DNA of 64,000 bases from an uncultured Acidimicrobiales bacterium (lineage in GTDB: Bacteria > Actinomycetota > Acidimicrobiia > Acidimicrobiales > SHLQ01). Under the pieces are notes generated by a model, which searched no databases, was not told where the DNA came from, and was given only the letters and a program-made list of their open reading frames with translations. The DNA is taken from NCBI GenBank assembly GCA_938038785.1, contig CALHTB010000009.1, positions 51,513 through 115,512 on the forward strand, written 5' to 3'. The number at the start of each line of letters is the position of its first letter. The first letter of the stretch is position 1. Shown piece by piece: positions 1 through 8,432 of the stretch. The position numbers and the translations under genes are program-made.

Positions 1-507
1 CGAAGCCATCGTGGCCCGTTGTTCGTCAACCCGTGTCATCTCGTTGGCCAAATCGGCGCCGGACAGCTCGGCAGTCTCGGCGATGTTCATTTGCGTCGTG
101 TGCGTCTGATCTGCAGCGGGCGATGCTTGCTCGAGAACGGACTGCTCGGTGCTGTCTCCGGCCCGGGCAAGGTCAGAGAACGACGATGTCTTCTCAGCCA
201 CGTCTGGTTCGGGCCGCAATTCCACGGTCGGAAATTCTTGGGCTTCGACTGGTGATTGCAGGTCGAGGTCGGCGAGCACAATCGTCTCGGTGTCGCCTGG
301 GGTGATGTGCGGTATGACCGAGATTTCGGGCACGTCGACTTCGGGTTCAATGACCGACTCGAGCGAGGGCAACGGGGGCTCGACGATCGGTTGTTCGTCG
401 GGTGCGGCAAACCGGGCGCGGTATCGCTCGTCGGGGTGATGCTCAGGCGGGTACCACTTGCCATCTGAGGCAATCCACCACCCAGGTCCTTCAAAGACGT
501 CGCTCAT
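1..507 (-). CDS. hypothetical protein, N-terminal 169 codons only (ORF runs off the window start)
   Basis: Hand-checked. The frame is open from the ATG (plus-strand cat 505-507) to base 1, with no in-frame tta/cta/tca triplets. It is absent from the ORF track because no stop lies in the window. The N-terminus MSDVFEGPGWWIASDGKWYPPE resembles the W-rich GYF_2/DUF2510-type motif. The rest is acidic/Pro-rich low complexity. No clear SD. Confidence 0.45.
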   Translation of the reverse strand, partial: MSDVFEGPGWWIASDGKWYPPEHHPDERYRARFAAPDEQPIVEPPLPSLESVIEPEVDVPEISVIPHITPGDTETIVLADLDLQSPVEAQEFPTVELRPEPDVAEKTSSFSDLARAGDSTEQSVLEQASPAADQTHTTQMNIAETAELSGADLANEMTRVDEQRATMAS

Positions 508-549
508 AAGACGACAGCGGTGTGATGGCGTACGTGGGTCATGTCGATC

Positions 550-627
550 TGGAGCGCCGGGCGGGATTTGAACCCGCGACTGTACGGCTTTGCAGGCCGT
601 TCCCTTGGGCCGCTCGGGCACCGACGC
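550..627 (-). tRNA. tRNA-Cys (anticodon GCA), CCA encoded
   Basis: The reverse complement reads GCGTCGG-TG-CCCGAGCGGCCCAAGGGA-ACGGC-CTGCAAA-GCCGT-ACAGTC-GCGGG-TTCAAAT-CCCGC-CCGGCGC-T-CCA. The acceptor stem has 7 bp (one G-U). The anticodon loop is CT-GCA-AA. The T-arm is GCGGG/CCCGC with a TTCAAAT loop. Confidence 0.85.
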
Positions 628-677
628 ATGGCTGCATACCGTAGCGCTTGTTCCCCACATACGCACATCATCAAGAC

Positions 678-776
678 GGCTGTCGGGCTGCTGGGGATCT
701 CCGTCACCGTGCGGAGCGAACCGGCGCTGTTGGCGGCTGTCGGGCTGCTGGGGATCTCCGCCACCGTGCGGAGCGA
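678..776. repeat. tandem direct repeat, 57-bp period, two copies of a 42-nt core
   Basis: ggctgtcgggctgctggggatctccgYcaccgtgcggagcga occurs at 678-719 and 735-776 with a single t/c difference. It lies in the spacer between the two tRNA genes. Confidence 0.9.
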
Positions 777-1057
777 GAGATAGCCGCTGCGTGTACGTCC
801 GTAGGCCCCTCCGCACTACGGACGCACACGCAAGTGCGACGTGGGAGGACGCTGGCCCTCTCCAGAACCAAACCGTAGAAGCTGGTTTGCCGAATGTCTC
901 CGCGCCCCCCACCTATCGACACGTTTCTGTTACGCGAACGACATAGAACACCACTTTCCGCGCGAATAGGGCTAAGGAAATTGGGGCTGGCGTGGTATTT
1001 ATGGGCAATTTTTGGATAGAAATTCTGGGAAGTCACGTCCGAATGGGCCAGGTTGGG

Positions 1058-1097
1058 CCGAAAACGCAGAACTGCGAGCCCGAAGGCTCGCAGTTCT
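1058..1097 (-). terminator. rho-independent terminator downstream of tRNA-Gly
   Basis: Perfect 13-bp stem agaactgcgagcc / ggctcgcagttct (1068-1080 / 1085-1097) with loop cgaa. On the minus strand it is followed by GCGTTTTCGG (plus-strand aaaa at 1061-1064). It starts 6 nt after the tRNA 3' end. Confidence 0.75.
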
Positions 1098-1102
1098 CGT
1101 TG

Positions 1103-1175
1103 AGCGGACGACCAGATTCGAACTGGCGACCCTCACCTTGGCAAGGTGATGCTCTACCAACTGAGCTACGTCCGC
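1103..1175 (-). tRNA. tRNA-Gly (anticodon GCC), no encoded CCA
   Basis: The reverse complement is GCGGACGTAGCTCAGTTGGTAGAGCATCACCTTGCCAAGGTGAGGGTCGCCAGTTCGAATCTGGTCGTCCGCT. It has canonical D (AGCTCAGTTGGTAGAGC) and T (GTTCGAATC) arms. The anticodon loop is TT-GCC-AA. Confidence 0.92.
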
Positions 1176-1206
1176 GAACGACACACGACTGTATCAGCCC
1201 GAATCG

Positions 1207-1431
1207 TCAGTCCCCACTCGGTGGGCGAAGATCGATTCGTAGCGTGAGGATCCCGTCCTCGAGCGTGTGCTCGGCATCGCCGATAATGGCGAAATCTCGG
1301 AAGTCGGTTTGGGCTTGTTCGATGAACATGGTGCGCTCATCTCCGCCCACTGGCGGTAGGTTCCGCTTCTTCACGGCGGCAGAGCGCTCCTTGAAGCGTT
1401 CAATCATTTCTGCTGGGTCGAAGTCATCCAT
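1207..1431 (-). CDS. small hypothetical protein (74 aa)
   Basis: This is the C-terminal part of track ORF 1207..1596. The internal start MDDFDPAEMIERFKERSAAVKK is preceded by a GAGAGG SD (rc of 1436-1441). The N-terminal extension in the track overlaps the upstream ORF and looks non-coding. Confidence 0.5.
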   Translation of the reverse strand: MDDFDPAEMIERFKERSAAVKKRNLPPVGGDERTMFIEQAQTDFRDFAIIGDAEHTLEDGILTLRIDLRPPSGD

Positions 1432-1669
1432 CGGTGCCTCTCGGGATAGGTGGCGGTGTCGGTATTGGTGGTGGGGTGAGATCGGCGGCGGTGCTGTCAG
1501 TGGCGATGCGCCCTGGACGGGTGAGCCACCAGAAGATCGCTGTGCCAACGAGCGTGAGGACGCCAAGGCCAATGAGGCCCCACAGCAGCGGGCCAAGGCT
1601 GCTGGTCTCTCGAATATTGATGATCTCCTGGCCGCCCTCGTCGACTTGAGAAAGGAAGGCCAGCAGCAT
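1424..1669 (-). CDS. small single-pass membrane protein (about 82 aa), hypothetical
   Basis: This is the portion of track ORF 1424..1771 starting at MLLAFLSQVDEGG. It has one hydrophobic helix (LGPLLWGLIGLGVLTLVGTAIFWWL) and a Pro-rich tail. It overlaps the next gene's start by 8 nt (coupling). The start codon is uncertain. Confidence 0.4.
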   Translation of the reverse strand: MLLAFLSQVDEGGQEIINIRETSSLGPLLWGLIGLGVLTLVGTAIFWWLTRPGRIATDSTAADLTPPPIPTPPPIPRGTDG

Positions 1670-1689
1670 CACGCCACGATCGTATCGTT

Positions 1690-2496
1690 TCAGCGCTGGT
1701 GCGCAGGGCACCACCAGGTCGAGCGGCCACCGACCGTGTCGTGGCGCATCGGCTCGCCGTCGCGAGGGCACGTGGCGTCGCTATCTCGAGCGGTGAAGCT
1801 GTCACCGGTGTGGGAACCGCCGCGTTGGGTCAGCTGGTCGACAGTCGCCCGGATCGTGGTCGCCAACGCATCGGTCTCGTCGAGAGTGAAGACGTTCGCA
1901 GCCCGGCTAGGGGCGATGCCCGCTGACCATAGGGTTTCGTCCACCAGCAGGTTGCCTAAGCCAGCGAGCAGCTTCTGATCGAGCAACACGGCCTTGATTG
2001 CCTTGGTCCGCCCTGACAGTGTATCTGCCAGCTCGTCGCCGGTGACCGTGGACGCCTCAGGACCTAGCAGGTCGGGGTTCGGGTCGAGCTCGACCGAGCC
2101 AAGTCGACGCTGGTCACGAATAGCGACGCGTTTCCCGCCGATGTTAAGTACGCAGCGGTCCCACCGCGGTTCGTCTCGGCCCGATGCGTACTCGAGCTTG
2201 TCTATTGGGCCGGTCCCGTCGACGAGCAAGCGTCCAGTCATGCCAAAGCGCATGCCCAGGGTCAGTTCGCCGGTGTGAACACCGTCTGAGCCGCCCTCGC
2301 CGAAGTGCAACATGAGGAGCTTGCCTCGACGGCTCGTCGCAGTGAGCGACTCGCCCACGAGTTGGGTAAACACTTCGGGCGGGCTGCCTTTGGGTCGGGT
2401 GAAGTTTTTGTCGGCAACCTGGACGTCTTCAACGAGTCCGCCGATCAGCGGTGCGAGCGCCGCGCGGTAGAACTCGACCTCGATGAGCTCGGGCAC
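1690..2496 (-). CDS. Fpg/Nei-family DNA glycosylase / AP lyase
   Basis: N-terminal MPELIEVE (catalytic Pro2/Glu3 signature of Fpg/Nei). H2TH region. C-terminal zinc-finger-like CPRDG...WWCPAHQ. 268 aa. Confidence 0.88.
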   Translation of the reverse strand: MPELIEVEFYRAALAPLIGGLVEDVQVADKNFTRPKGSPPEVFTQLVGESLTATSRRGKLLMLHFGEGGSDGVHTGELTLGMRFGMTGRLLVDGTGPIDKLEYASGRDEPRWDRCVLNIGGKRVAIRDQRRLGSVELDPNPDLLGPEASTVTGDELADTLSGRTKAIKAVLLDQKLLAGLGNLLVDETLWSAGIAPSRAANVFTLDETDALATTIRATVDQLTQRGGSHTGDSFTARDSDATCPRDGEPMRHDTVGGRSTWWCPAHQR

Positions 2497-2498
2497 CG

Positions 2499-3707
2499 CT
2501 AATTGGTCTCTACGAGGACCTTCGCAAAGAAGTCTTCGAGCATCGGAGCGAGCTTGTCATGCTCGACGAGGAACCCATCGTGGCCGTAGATCGAGTCGAT
2601 CGTGTGGTACGCGCAGCTTCGTCCGTCGAGGCTGAGCACGGCTGCGAGCTCGGCCTGTTGATGCGGTGGGTAGAGGAAGTCCGAGTTCACCGAGACCGTC
2701 ATCGACGGCCCGGTGAAGCGTTTGAGGGCGTCTTGGGCTCCACCACGGCCTCGACCAATGTCGTGGAGATCCATCGTGCGGTTCAGAATCAGGTAGCTGT
2801 TCGCGTCGAAGCGGTTAGCGAACTTTTTGCCGTGATAGTCGAGGTATCCCTCGACTTGGAAACGGCCCCATTGCGAGAACGAGTCCATACGGTCGATTGG
2901 GTCTCTGCCAAAGCGCTCGTCCCATTCGCCGTCGCTGCGATAGTGGATGAGTGCGATCTCGCGAGCGATCGCCAAGCCGTTGCCAGGACCTTGTTCTTGC
3001 TCGTAGTAGTCGCCGTTGTTGAAGTGTTGGTCGTTCGCAATAGCCAGGCGCCCCACTGCCGACCAGGCAATCTGTTGGGGCGACGCAGCCAGAGTGGTGC
3101 AGATGGGGGCCATCGAGCGAAGCCGATGCGGGTACATCGCTGCCCACTCGAGGACAGCCATACCGCCCATCGAACCTCCGACGACGCTAAACCAGCGGTC
3201 GACGCCAAGCTCGTCGGCCAAACACACTTGCGATCGGACGATGTCCCGGTTGGTGATTTGGGGAAACGACGAACCGTATGGCTTGTTGGTTGCTGGGTTG
3301 ATGGACGCCGGGCCGGTGGTGCCCTGGCAGCCGCCCAGCACGTTCGCGCACACCACAAAGTACTGGTTTGTGTCGATGGCTTTGTCGGGACCAACGATGC
3401 GTGACCACCAACCGTCGGCGGTATAGGTTCCGCCACCGCCGCCGGTGACATGAGAATCGCCGGTAAGCGCGTGGTGAATCAAAATGGCGTTGTCGCCAGC
3501 TTCGTTTAGCTCGCCCCATGTTTCGTATGCCAATACGACCTCGGCCAGCACGCCACCGCCTTCAAGGGCAAGGGGACGCGGCAAGGTGAAGAACTTTCGC
3601 GAACCGAAGGGCTCGCCAGGTTTCCAGGCCCCGCTCACCGGAAACTGCTCGGGCCAATCCCGCCGAAGATGAAGCGGGATGTCGTTGTCGTGTTGTTCGT
3701 TCGACAT
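2499..3707 (-). CDS. metX: homoserine O-acetyltransferase
   Basis: 402 aa alpha/beta hydrolase. Nucleophile elbow VVGGSMGGM. Conserved MetX blocks include ILIHHALTGDSH, FVVCANVLGGCQGTTGP, SDFLYPP and GHDGFL. Confidence 0.95.
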   Translation of the reverse strand: MSNEQHDNDIPLHLRRDWPEQFPVSGAWKPGEPFGSRKFFTLPRPLALEGGGVLAEVVLAYETWGELNEAGDNAILIHHALTGDSHVTGGGGGTYTADGWWSRIVGPDKAIDTNQYFVVCANVLGGCQGTTGPASINPATNKPYGSSFPQITNRDIVRSQVCLADELGVDRWFSVVGGSMGGMAVLEWAAMYPHRLRSMAPICTTLAASPQQIAWSAVGRLAIANDQHFNNGDYYEQEQGPGNGLAIAREIALIHYRSDGEWDERFGRDPIDRMDSFSQWGRFQVEGYLDYHGKKFANRFDANSYLILNRTMDLHDIGRGRGGAQDALKRFTGPSMTVSVNSDFLYPPHQQAELAAVLSLDGRSCAYHTIDSIYGHDGFLVEHDKLAPMLEDFFAKVLVETN

Positions 3708-3713
3708 GTTGCC

Positions 3714-5534
3714 TCAGCGAAGACGTGGACGGAGCGTGGTGTCTGAACCCGACGGGAGCCGGATTCGTTCCCACCACCAGGAACCAACGTGTTCCTCTAC
3801 ACCGTAGGCGGCTTGCATCGAGGTTGCTAGGTCCCTCATGGCACATATGTAGTCGGCCGCGTTCTCGCAGGCCGCGGCTGCATGGGCCCGTTGCGCATGC
3901 AGAGCCCCGTCGTTCCAATGCGCTTGGTCGGTCGGCAGCGGTGCCGTAGCCAGTGTCGCGGCGCGAACTCGTATCGCGTCGTGGCTCAAGCCAGTACCGG
4001 CAGCCTCGGTCAACATCCACGCGCTCACCGCGGGTGCGCTTAGCGCCGCGGCCAGGTGCCAGAGGTCGGCAGGTTGCTGAGGTTCGACGCTCACAACAGG
4101 CACAGATGGGACCAGGCTCCCGTCAGTATCTACGACTACTTCGACGACTTTGGTTTGAGATGCGAGAAGCAGCTTGGGCACACACCGTTGGGCAAACCAG
4201 TCGCGCACAGCGTCGTCTTCGATTGCACCGAGCTGTAGCACCGGAGCAGTCCAACGTGTTCCCGCGAACTTGACTGGCTTATCGGCCCACAACAATCGCA
4301 GCGGCTCGATGGCTCCGGAGGTGATCAGCTTGGGTCCGGGCTGGATATCGCTGGTGACGTCGGCTTCGATCACTGCATCGGCAATGCCGTAAAAGTGTTG
4401 GCGGAACCCTGCGGTGACGGTCGCCCGATCGCCCAAGGTCTTCTCCGTCACGAGATGTACCGGTGGCACTCCAAGTGCGTTGGCTAGCAGCGGCGCCCAT
4501 GACTTCGGTTCCGGTGTTGGCGCCGGTGTGAGGACAATTGGCTTGTTCACGCCGACGCTCAGCTCGGTCGTGGTCGCCGTTGGGGCCTCGCTCGACCGAT
4601 GCCTCTGCATGATCGCCGCAACCACGTCCACAGCAGCCTCAAACGACTGCCCTTCATCTATCCATAGCCGTGCGAGCCGAGCGTGGGAGGACACCGTGGT
4701 TCTCATGGCTTCAGCGTCGCGGGCGCCGAGGAGCGACTCGGGAATGACTAGCGCCACAACTCCGCCAGCTGCGGTGTGGCGTAAGGACAGCTCGACGAAT
4801 AGGCCGGCTTCGTCGATATACGCGCCGTTCGCTGACTCGAAGGAGGTGGCCAGCTGGGCGCGTCGGACAGCGCTTCGCGAGGTGTCGCTGGTGAGTTGGC
4901 CAAGAAACGGCGGGTTGCCGATGACCACATCGAAGTCGGCTGGCCAATCGGCGGGAAGATCGAGCAGCGAGTCGGACGCGGTCACGGTGGGTCGGGCTGC
5001 TCCCCCGCTCCAGAGCTCGAGCGCGGCGTCGCACACATCGAGGGCGGTCTCGTCGAGGTCTGTTGCGTGCATTGACGCAACGATGGCCGCCCGGGTGAAA
5101 CTCGTGTGGCGTTCGAGCCAGCGGCAGGCGGCGAGTAGGAACGCGCCGCCACCGCAGGCCGGGTCCCACACGCCGGGAGCGCCTTTCGTGGACCGGTCAA
5201 CGCACAGGTCAAGCGACAGTTCGGCAACCCGATCTGCAACCGGCCGTGGCGTGAAATGGGCCCCTCGGGTCCGGCGGTCATCCCCCTCGATCAATTGTTC
5301 CCATGCAATGCCGAGTTGGTCGACCGTGCAGAGTTCAACCGGCAGGTCAACGAGAGCCTGAGCCAGGGCAGGCGGGCTTGCCGGGTCGTGGGCGAAAGCA
5401 GTGGGCGGCGCCATCGAGGCCGCGCTCGAACAATGGCGGGCGTAAGCAACGACGACCTGGCGTGCGGTGAAGTTGCCACGAGCCGCATGCAAGCGTTCGC
5501 TCACGGTTTGCACGGATGCGGCTGCTGTAGCCAT
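3714..5534 (-). CDS. gamma-class N6-adenine (Eco57I/TaqI-like) DNA methyltransferase, orphan
   Basis: 606 aa. SAM motif I VWDPACGGGAFL and catalytic motif IV VVIGNPPFLGQ, in the gamma order (I before IV). A long C-terminal region is consistent with a TaqI-type target-recognition domain. No endonuclease gene is adjacent. Confidence 0.8.
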   Translation of the reverse strand: MATAAASVQTVSERLHAARGNFTARQVVVAYARHCSSAASMAPPTAFAHDPASPPALAQALVDLPVELCTVDQLGIAWEQLIEGDDRRTRGAHFTPRPVADRVAELSLDLCVDRSTKGAPGVWDPACGGGAFLLAACRWLERHTSFTRAAIVASMHATDLDETALDVCDAALELWSGGAARPTVTASDSLLDLPADWPADFDVVIGNPPFLGQLTSDTSRSAVRRAQLATSFESANGAYIDEAGLFVELSLRHTAAGGVVALVIPESLLGARDAEAMRTTVSSHARLARLWIDEGQSFEAAVDVVAAIMQRHRSSEAPTATTTELSVGVNKPIVLTPAPTPEPKSWAPLLANALGVPPVHLVTEKTLGDRATVTAGFRQHFYGIADAVIEADVTSDIQPGPKLITSGAIEPLRLLWADKPVKFAGTRWTAPVLQLGAIEDDAVRDWFAQRCVPKLLLASQTKVVEVVVDTDGSLVPSVPVVSVEPQQPADLWHLAAALSAPAVSAWMLTEAAGTGLSHDAIRVRAATLATAPLPTDQAHWNDGALHAQRAHAAAACENAADYICAMRDLATSMQAAYGVEEHVGSWWWERIRLPSGSDTTLRPRLR

Positions 5535-5535
5535 G

Positions 5536-6696
5536 TCAGTCGTCGGTCGGGTCCCATCCGGCGAGATCGGTCAACCGATCGTCGTTGGAGAACATCTCGA
5601 CTATCGGCAGGTCAACGCCGATGCGCTTTTGCAGTCGCCGAACCTCGAGCTCTTCGTTCCACATGACCAGACTGACCACGAGACCCTTGGAGCCAGCGCG
5701 GGCGGTTCGACCCGAGCGGTGCAGATAGGTCTTGTGTTCGTTCGGTGGGTCGTAGTGAATAACGATCTCTACCGAGTCGACGTGAATACCACGGGCAGCA
5801 ACGTCGGTGGCCACCATGACCGACAGCTTTCCAGCACCGAAGTCGTTCAGGGCTTTCTCTCGGTGGTTTTGGCGAAGGTCGCCATGAATTGCTGATGCCT
5901 TCACCCCGAGATCGTTGAGCTCGCGAGCTAACCGGTCGGCCATGTGCTTGGTTGCGGTGAACATGATCGTGCGGTCCACCGAGCCCGCAATGGCAGCAGC
6001 CACCTTGACCTTGTCCATGTTGTGGACCTGCACAAAGCGGTGAATCATCTGATCGACCGTGATCTCGGGCGACTCGACCTCGTGGAACACCGGATCGGTT
6101 TGATACCGGCGGACCAGACTGTCGACAACACCGTCAAGCGTTGCCGAAAACAGCAGAGTTTGGTGTTCGTTCTCTGCTTGGCGAAGCAGCCACTCGACCT
6201 GCGGCAAGAAGCCCATATCGGCCATGCGATCAGCTTCGTCCACAATGACGTGCGTGAGGTTCTCGAGCGAAACGGCCTTGCGCTCGACGAGGTCGATCAT
6301 GCGACCTGGGGTTGCGACAACAAAGTCGACGCCCTTTTCAAGTTTGGTGATCTGACGCTCGATATTGGCCCCGCCATAGACCGCAGCGATCGTGACGTCA
6401 CGGGACTTGGCGAGCGGCGTGAGCTCTTCAGCTACCTGGACGGCGAGTTCGCGAGTTGGCACGAGTGCAATGGCCAGCGGGCGCTTAGATTCGGCCTTGC
6501 CGATCCGTTCGAGCACTGGGATGCCAAAAGCGAGGGTCTTGCCCGACCCGGTCTTGGCTTTGCCACATACGTCTCGACCTGCGAGTGCGTCGGGAATTGC
6601 TATGGATTGAATGGAGAATGGTTCGGTGATGCCTCGCGAGGAAAGTGCGGCGCAAATATCATCCGAAACGCCGAGATCGGCGAACGTAGTTGTCAT
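5536..6696 (-). CDS. DEAD-box ATP-dependent RNA helicase (RhlE-like core)
   Basis: 386 aa. Q-motif region, AKTGSGKT (I), PTRELA (Ia), VIVDEADRM (II), SAT (III), HRSGRTARAG (VI). Confidence 0.95.
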   Translation of the reverse strand: MTTTFADLGVSDDICAALSSRGITEPFSIQSIAIPDALAGRDVCGKAKTGSGKTLAFGIPVLERIGKAESKRPLAIALVPTRELAVQVAEELTPLAKSRDVTIAAVYGGANIERQITKLEKGVDFVVATPGRMIDLVERKAVSLENLTHVIVDEADRMADMGFLPQVEWLLRQAENEHQTLLFSATLDGVVDSLVRRYQTDPVFHEVESPEITVDQMIHRFVQVHNMDKVKVAAAIAGSVDRTIMFTATKHMADRLARELNDLGVKASAIHGDLRQNHREKALNDFGAGKLSVMVATDVAARGIHVDSVEIVIHYDPPNEHKTYLHRSGRTARAGSKGLVVSLVMWNEELEVRRLQKRIGVDLPIVEMFSNDDRLTDLAGWDPTDD

Positions 6697-6781
6697 TAAG
6701 AGAGTGTCTTTTCGATTTGTAAGAAGTACTCAGCGTACTGGCACCACGGCCATGCCCGAGCGATATAGGCACGGTTGGTGG

Positions 6782-7081
6782 TTAGGTTGCCACCCTGCCG
6801 TTGCGAAGGGTGACGCCTTCTTTGGTGAGGAGTCGGGCGTGCTCGGTCTCGAGCCCGGGCACCAACCGTCCGGTCGAGGTGACAATTCGCCACCAGGGCA
6901 GTCCATTCCCGTTGCGGAGCACTCGCCCGACGGCGCGAGCGGCGCCCGGGAAGCCAGCTTCGCTGGCCACTTCTCCATAGGTCATCACATCGCCCGGCCC
7001 GAGCGCCTCGAGCACTGTTCGTACCGCAGTTTCGAAATCGGCAACCGGTTCGCCGTCGTCCACCGCGGGGGTGGCGCTCAT
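6782..7081 (-). CDS. alkyltransferase-like (ATL) protein; the MGMT DNA-binding domain lacks the acceptor cysteine
   Basis: 99 aa. It has the MGMT C-terminal fold blocks (TYGEVA...G.P.AARAVG..L..N). The active-site PCHR(V/I) is replaced by PWWRIV, with Trp in the Cys position as in Atl proteins. Confidence 0.78.
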   Translation of the reverse strand: MSATPAVDDGEPVADFETAVRTVLEALGPGDVMTYGEVASEAGFPGAARAVGRVLRNGNGLPWWRIVTSTGRLVPGLETEHARLLTKEGVTLRNGRVAT

Positions 7082-7605
7082 TAGATCTCGGCTGGTTCCA
7101 GACGGACCAGCTTCACCGGAGCCTTGATGCCAGGCAAGGTCTGTTCGCCGTGCGGTACTGCCCGTGTATTGACGAACAGCGATGTCATCATCGAGTCGGG
7201 CGCCAGAATTTCGTCGGGGCCAGCAAGGTCGCTCAACCGCGCCGCGAGGTTCACGGCTTGGCCGATGTGGTCGTCGCCCTCGAAGAGGATCACACCGCCA
7301 GATGCAACACCCGCGCGTAGTGACATCGATGTTGCTTTGCGGTTGTCCTCGATCATTTGCACCACCGCTTCGATAACCGGCTCAGGTTCGACGCCGACGA
7401 TCATGGCACCGTCACCGAGCCACTTTGCGATCCGTACGCCATGAACCGAGCAAAGGTGGCGGATGTTTCCGCGGATGGTCTCGAGTAGGTCGACCGCCGC
7501 AGCGTCGCCTTCTCGATCGGTGTAGGCGGTAAACCCGGATACGTCGACGAACGCAAACGTTCGCTGGACTCGGGTTACTCCGCCGATTCGGACAACATCA
7601 CTCAC
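7081..7605 (-). CDS. class III adenylate/guanylate cyclase catalytic-domain protein
   Basis: 174 aa. RTFAFVDVSGFTAYTD metal-binding block, KWLGDGAMIV, and GQAVNLAARL, typical of the CYTH-unrelated class III cyclase (CHD) domain. It overlaps the ATL gene by 1 nt. Confidence 0.85.
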   Translation of the reverse strand: MSDVVRIGGVTRVQRTFAFVDVSGFTAYTDREGDAAAVDLLETIRGNIRHLCSVHGVRIAKWLGDGAMIVGVEPEPVIEAVVQMIEDNRKATSMSLRAGVASGGVILFEGDDHIGQAVNLAARLSDLAGPDEILAPDSMMTSLFVNTRAVPHGEQTLPGIKAPVKLVRLEPAEI

Positions 7606-7614
7606 GCCAACACG

Positions 7615-8424
7615 TTAACTCAGCGCCAACAGCTCGGCGCGCAAGGCGTCGCTAAACGCTGGCCATCGGGGCTTGGCCCATTCGTCGAAGGGCTGGTCGG
7701 TCAGCACCACGCACGCGAGGTGCGAGGCCGGGTCGACCCACACGAACGTACCCGCTTGGCCAAAATGGCCCCACGTTGCCGGCGATTGCGATTCGCCCAT
7801 CCAATGCGGCCGTTTGTGACCACGGATCTCTGGGCCGAGGCCCCACGGGTTCGGCGCTTGGCGGCCATACCCCGGCAGAACGCCGATCAGCTCGGGCAGG
7901 TACTCGGTAGTCATCGACGCGACGGTCGAGCTGTCGAGAAGCGACGGCAGGCCCTGCACGAAGCGCACCAAGTCCTCGACGTTTGACTCGGCGCCAAACG
8001 CTGGGCTCGAGGTTAGTGCGGTTGACGTCATTGCGAGCGGGTCGAGCAGGCCCTCTTGCAGGTACGTGTGAAAGGGAATCTCGGTTGCGGTTTCGACCGC
8101 TGCAGCGAGCTGTTCATACCCCGCGTTTGAGTAGATGCGTCGGCGACCAGGATCGTCGAGCACGGTGCCGTTGGGGGCCAGGCCCGACGCGTGTGCCAGC
8201 AGGTCGGCAACGCTGGCTCCTCGTTCGCCCACGAGGTCGTCGAGCTCGATGCTGCCTTCTTCGATGGCCAGGTGGACGGCAGCCGCGGTGAGCAGCTTGG
8301 TGACCGAGGCGAGGGCAAACACCGCGCTGGTGTCGCCGTGGTAGAGCACATCACCGGTTGGGGTGATTGCTGCAGCGGCAACGTTTTGGACGGGCCATTC
8401 GGCGAGAAGATCAAACGCGGTCAC
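7615..8424 (-). CDS. serine hydrolase, beta-lactamase/transpeptidase-like family
   Basis: 269 aa. SxxK motif ASVTKLL, YSNAGY (YxN) motif, and a later HFGQAGT (H/KxG-like) motif. Confidence 0.85.
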   Translation of the reverse strand: MTAFDLLAEWPVQNVAAAAITPTGDVLYHGDTSAVFALASVTKLLTAAAVHLAIEEGSIELDDLVGERGASVADLLAHASGLAPNGTVLDDPGRRRIYSNAGYEQLAAAVETATEIPFHTYLQEGLLDPLAMTSTALTSSPAFGAESNVEDLVRFVQGLPSLLDSSTVASMTTEYLPELIGVLPGYGRQAPNPWGLGPEIRGHKRPHWMGESQSPATWGHFGQAGTFVWVDPASHLACVVLTDQPFDEWAKPRWPAFSDALRAELLALS

Positions 8425-8432
8425 GGTGCTGT

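Noticed and set aside
678-776. Possible CRISPR array. The same question was considered for 27953-28148.
   Set aside because: Each locus has only two repeat copies. The 'spacers' are 15 nt or absent, no cas genes are present, and the repeats are not of CRISPR length or structure.
992-1978. 328-aa plus-strand ORF in the track
   Set aside because: It runs straight through tRNA-Gly and its terminator and is antisense to three better-supported minus-strand genes. Arg/Ser/Pro-rich translation is typical of out-of-frame reading in high-GC DNA.
3714-6696. Helicase plus methyltransferase as a restriction-modification or other defence system
   Set aside because: The helicase has the full DEAD-box RNA-helicase motif set (RhlE-like core), not a DNA translocase (SF2 type I/III, SNF2). 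No nuclease, specificity or PLD gene is present, and the neighbours are housekeeping (metX, fpg).
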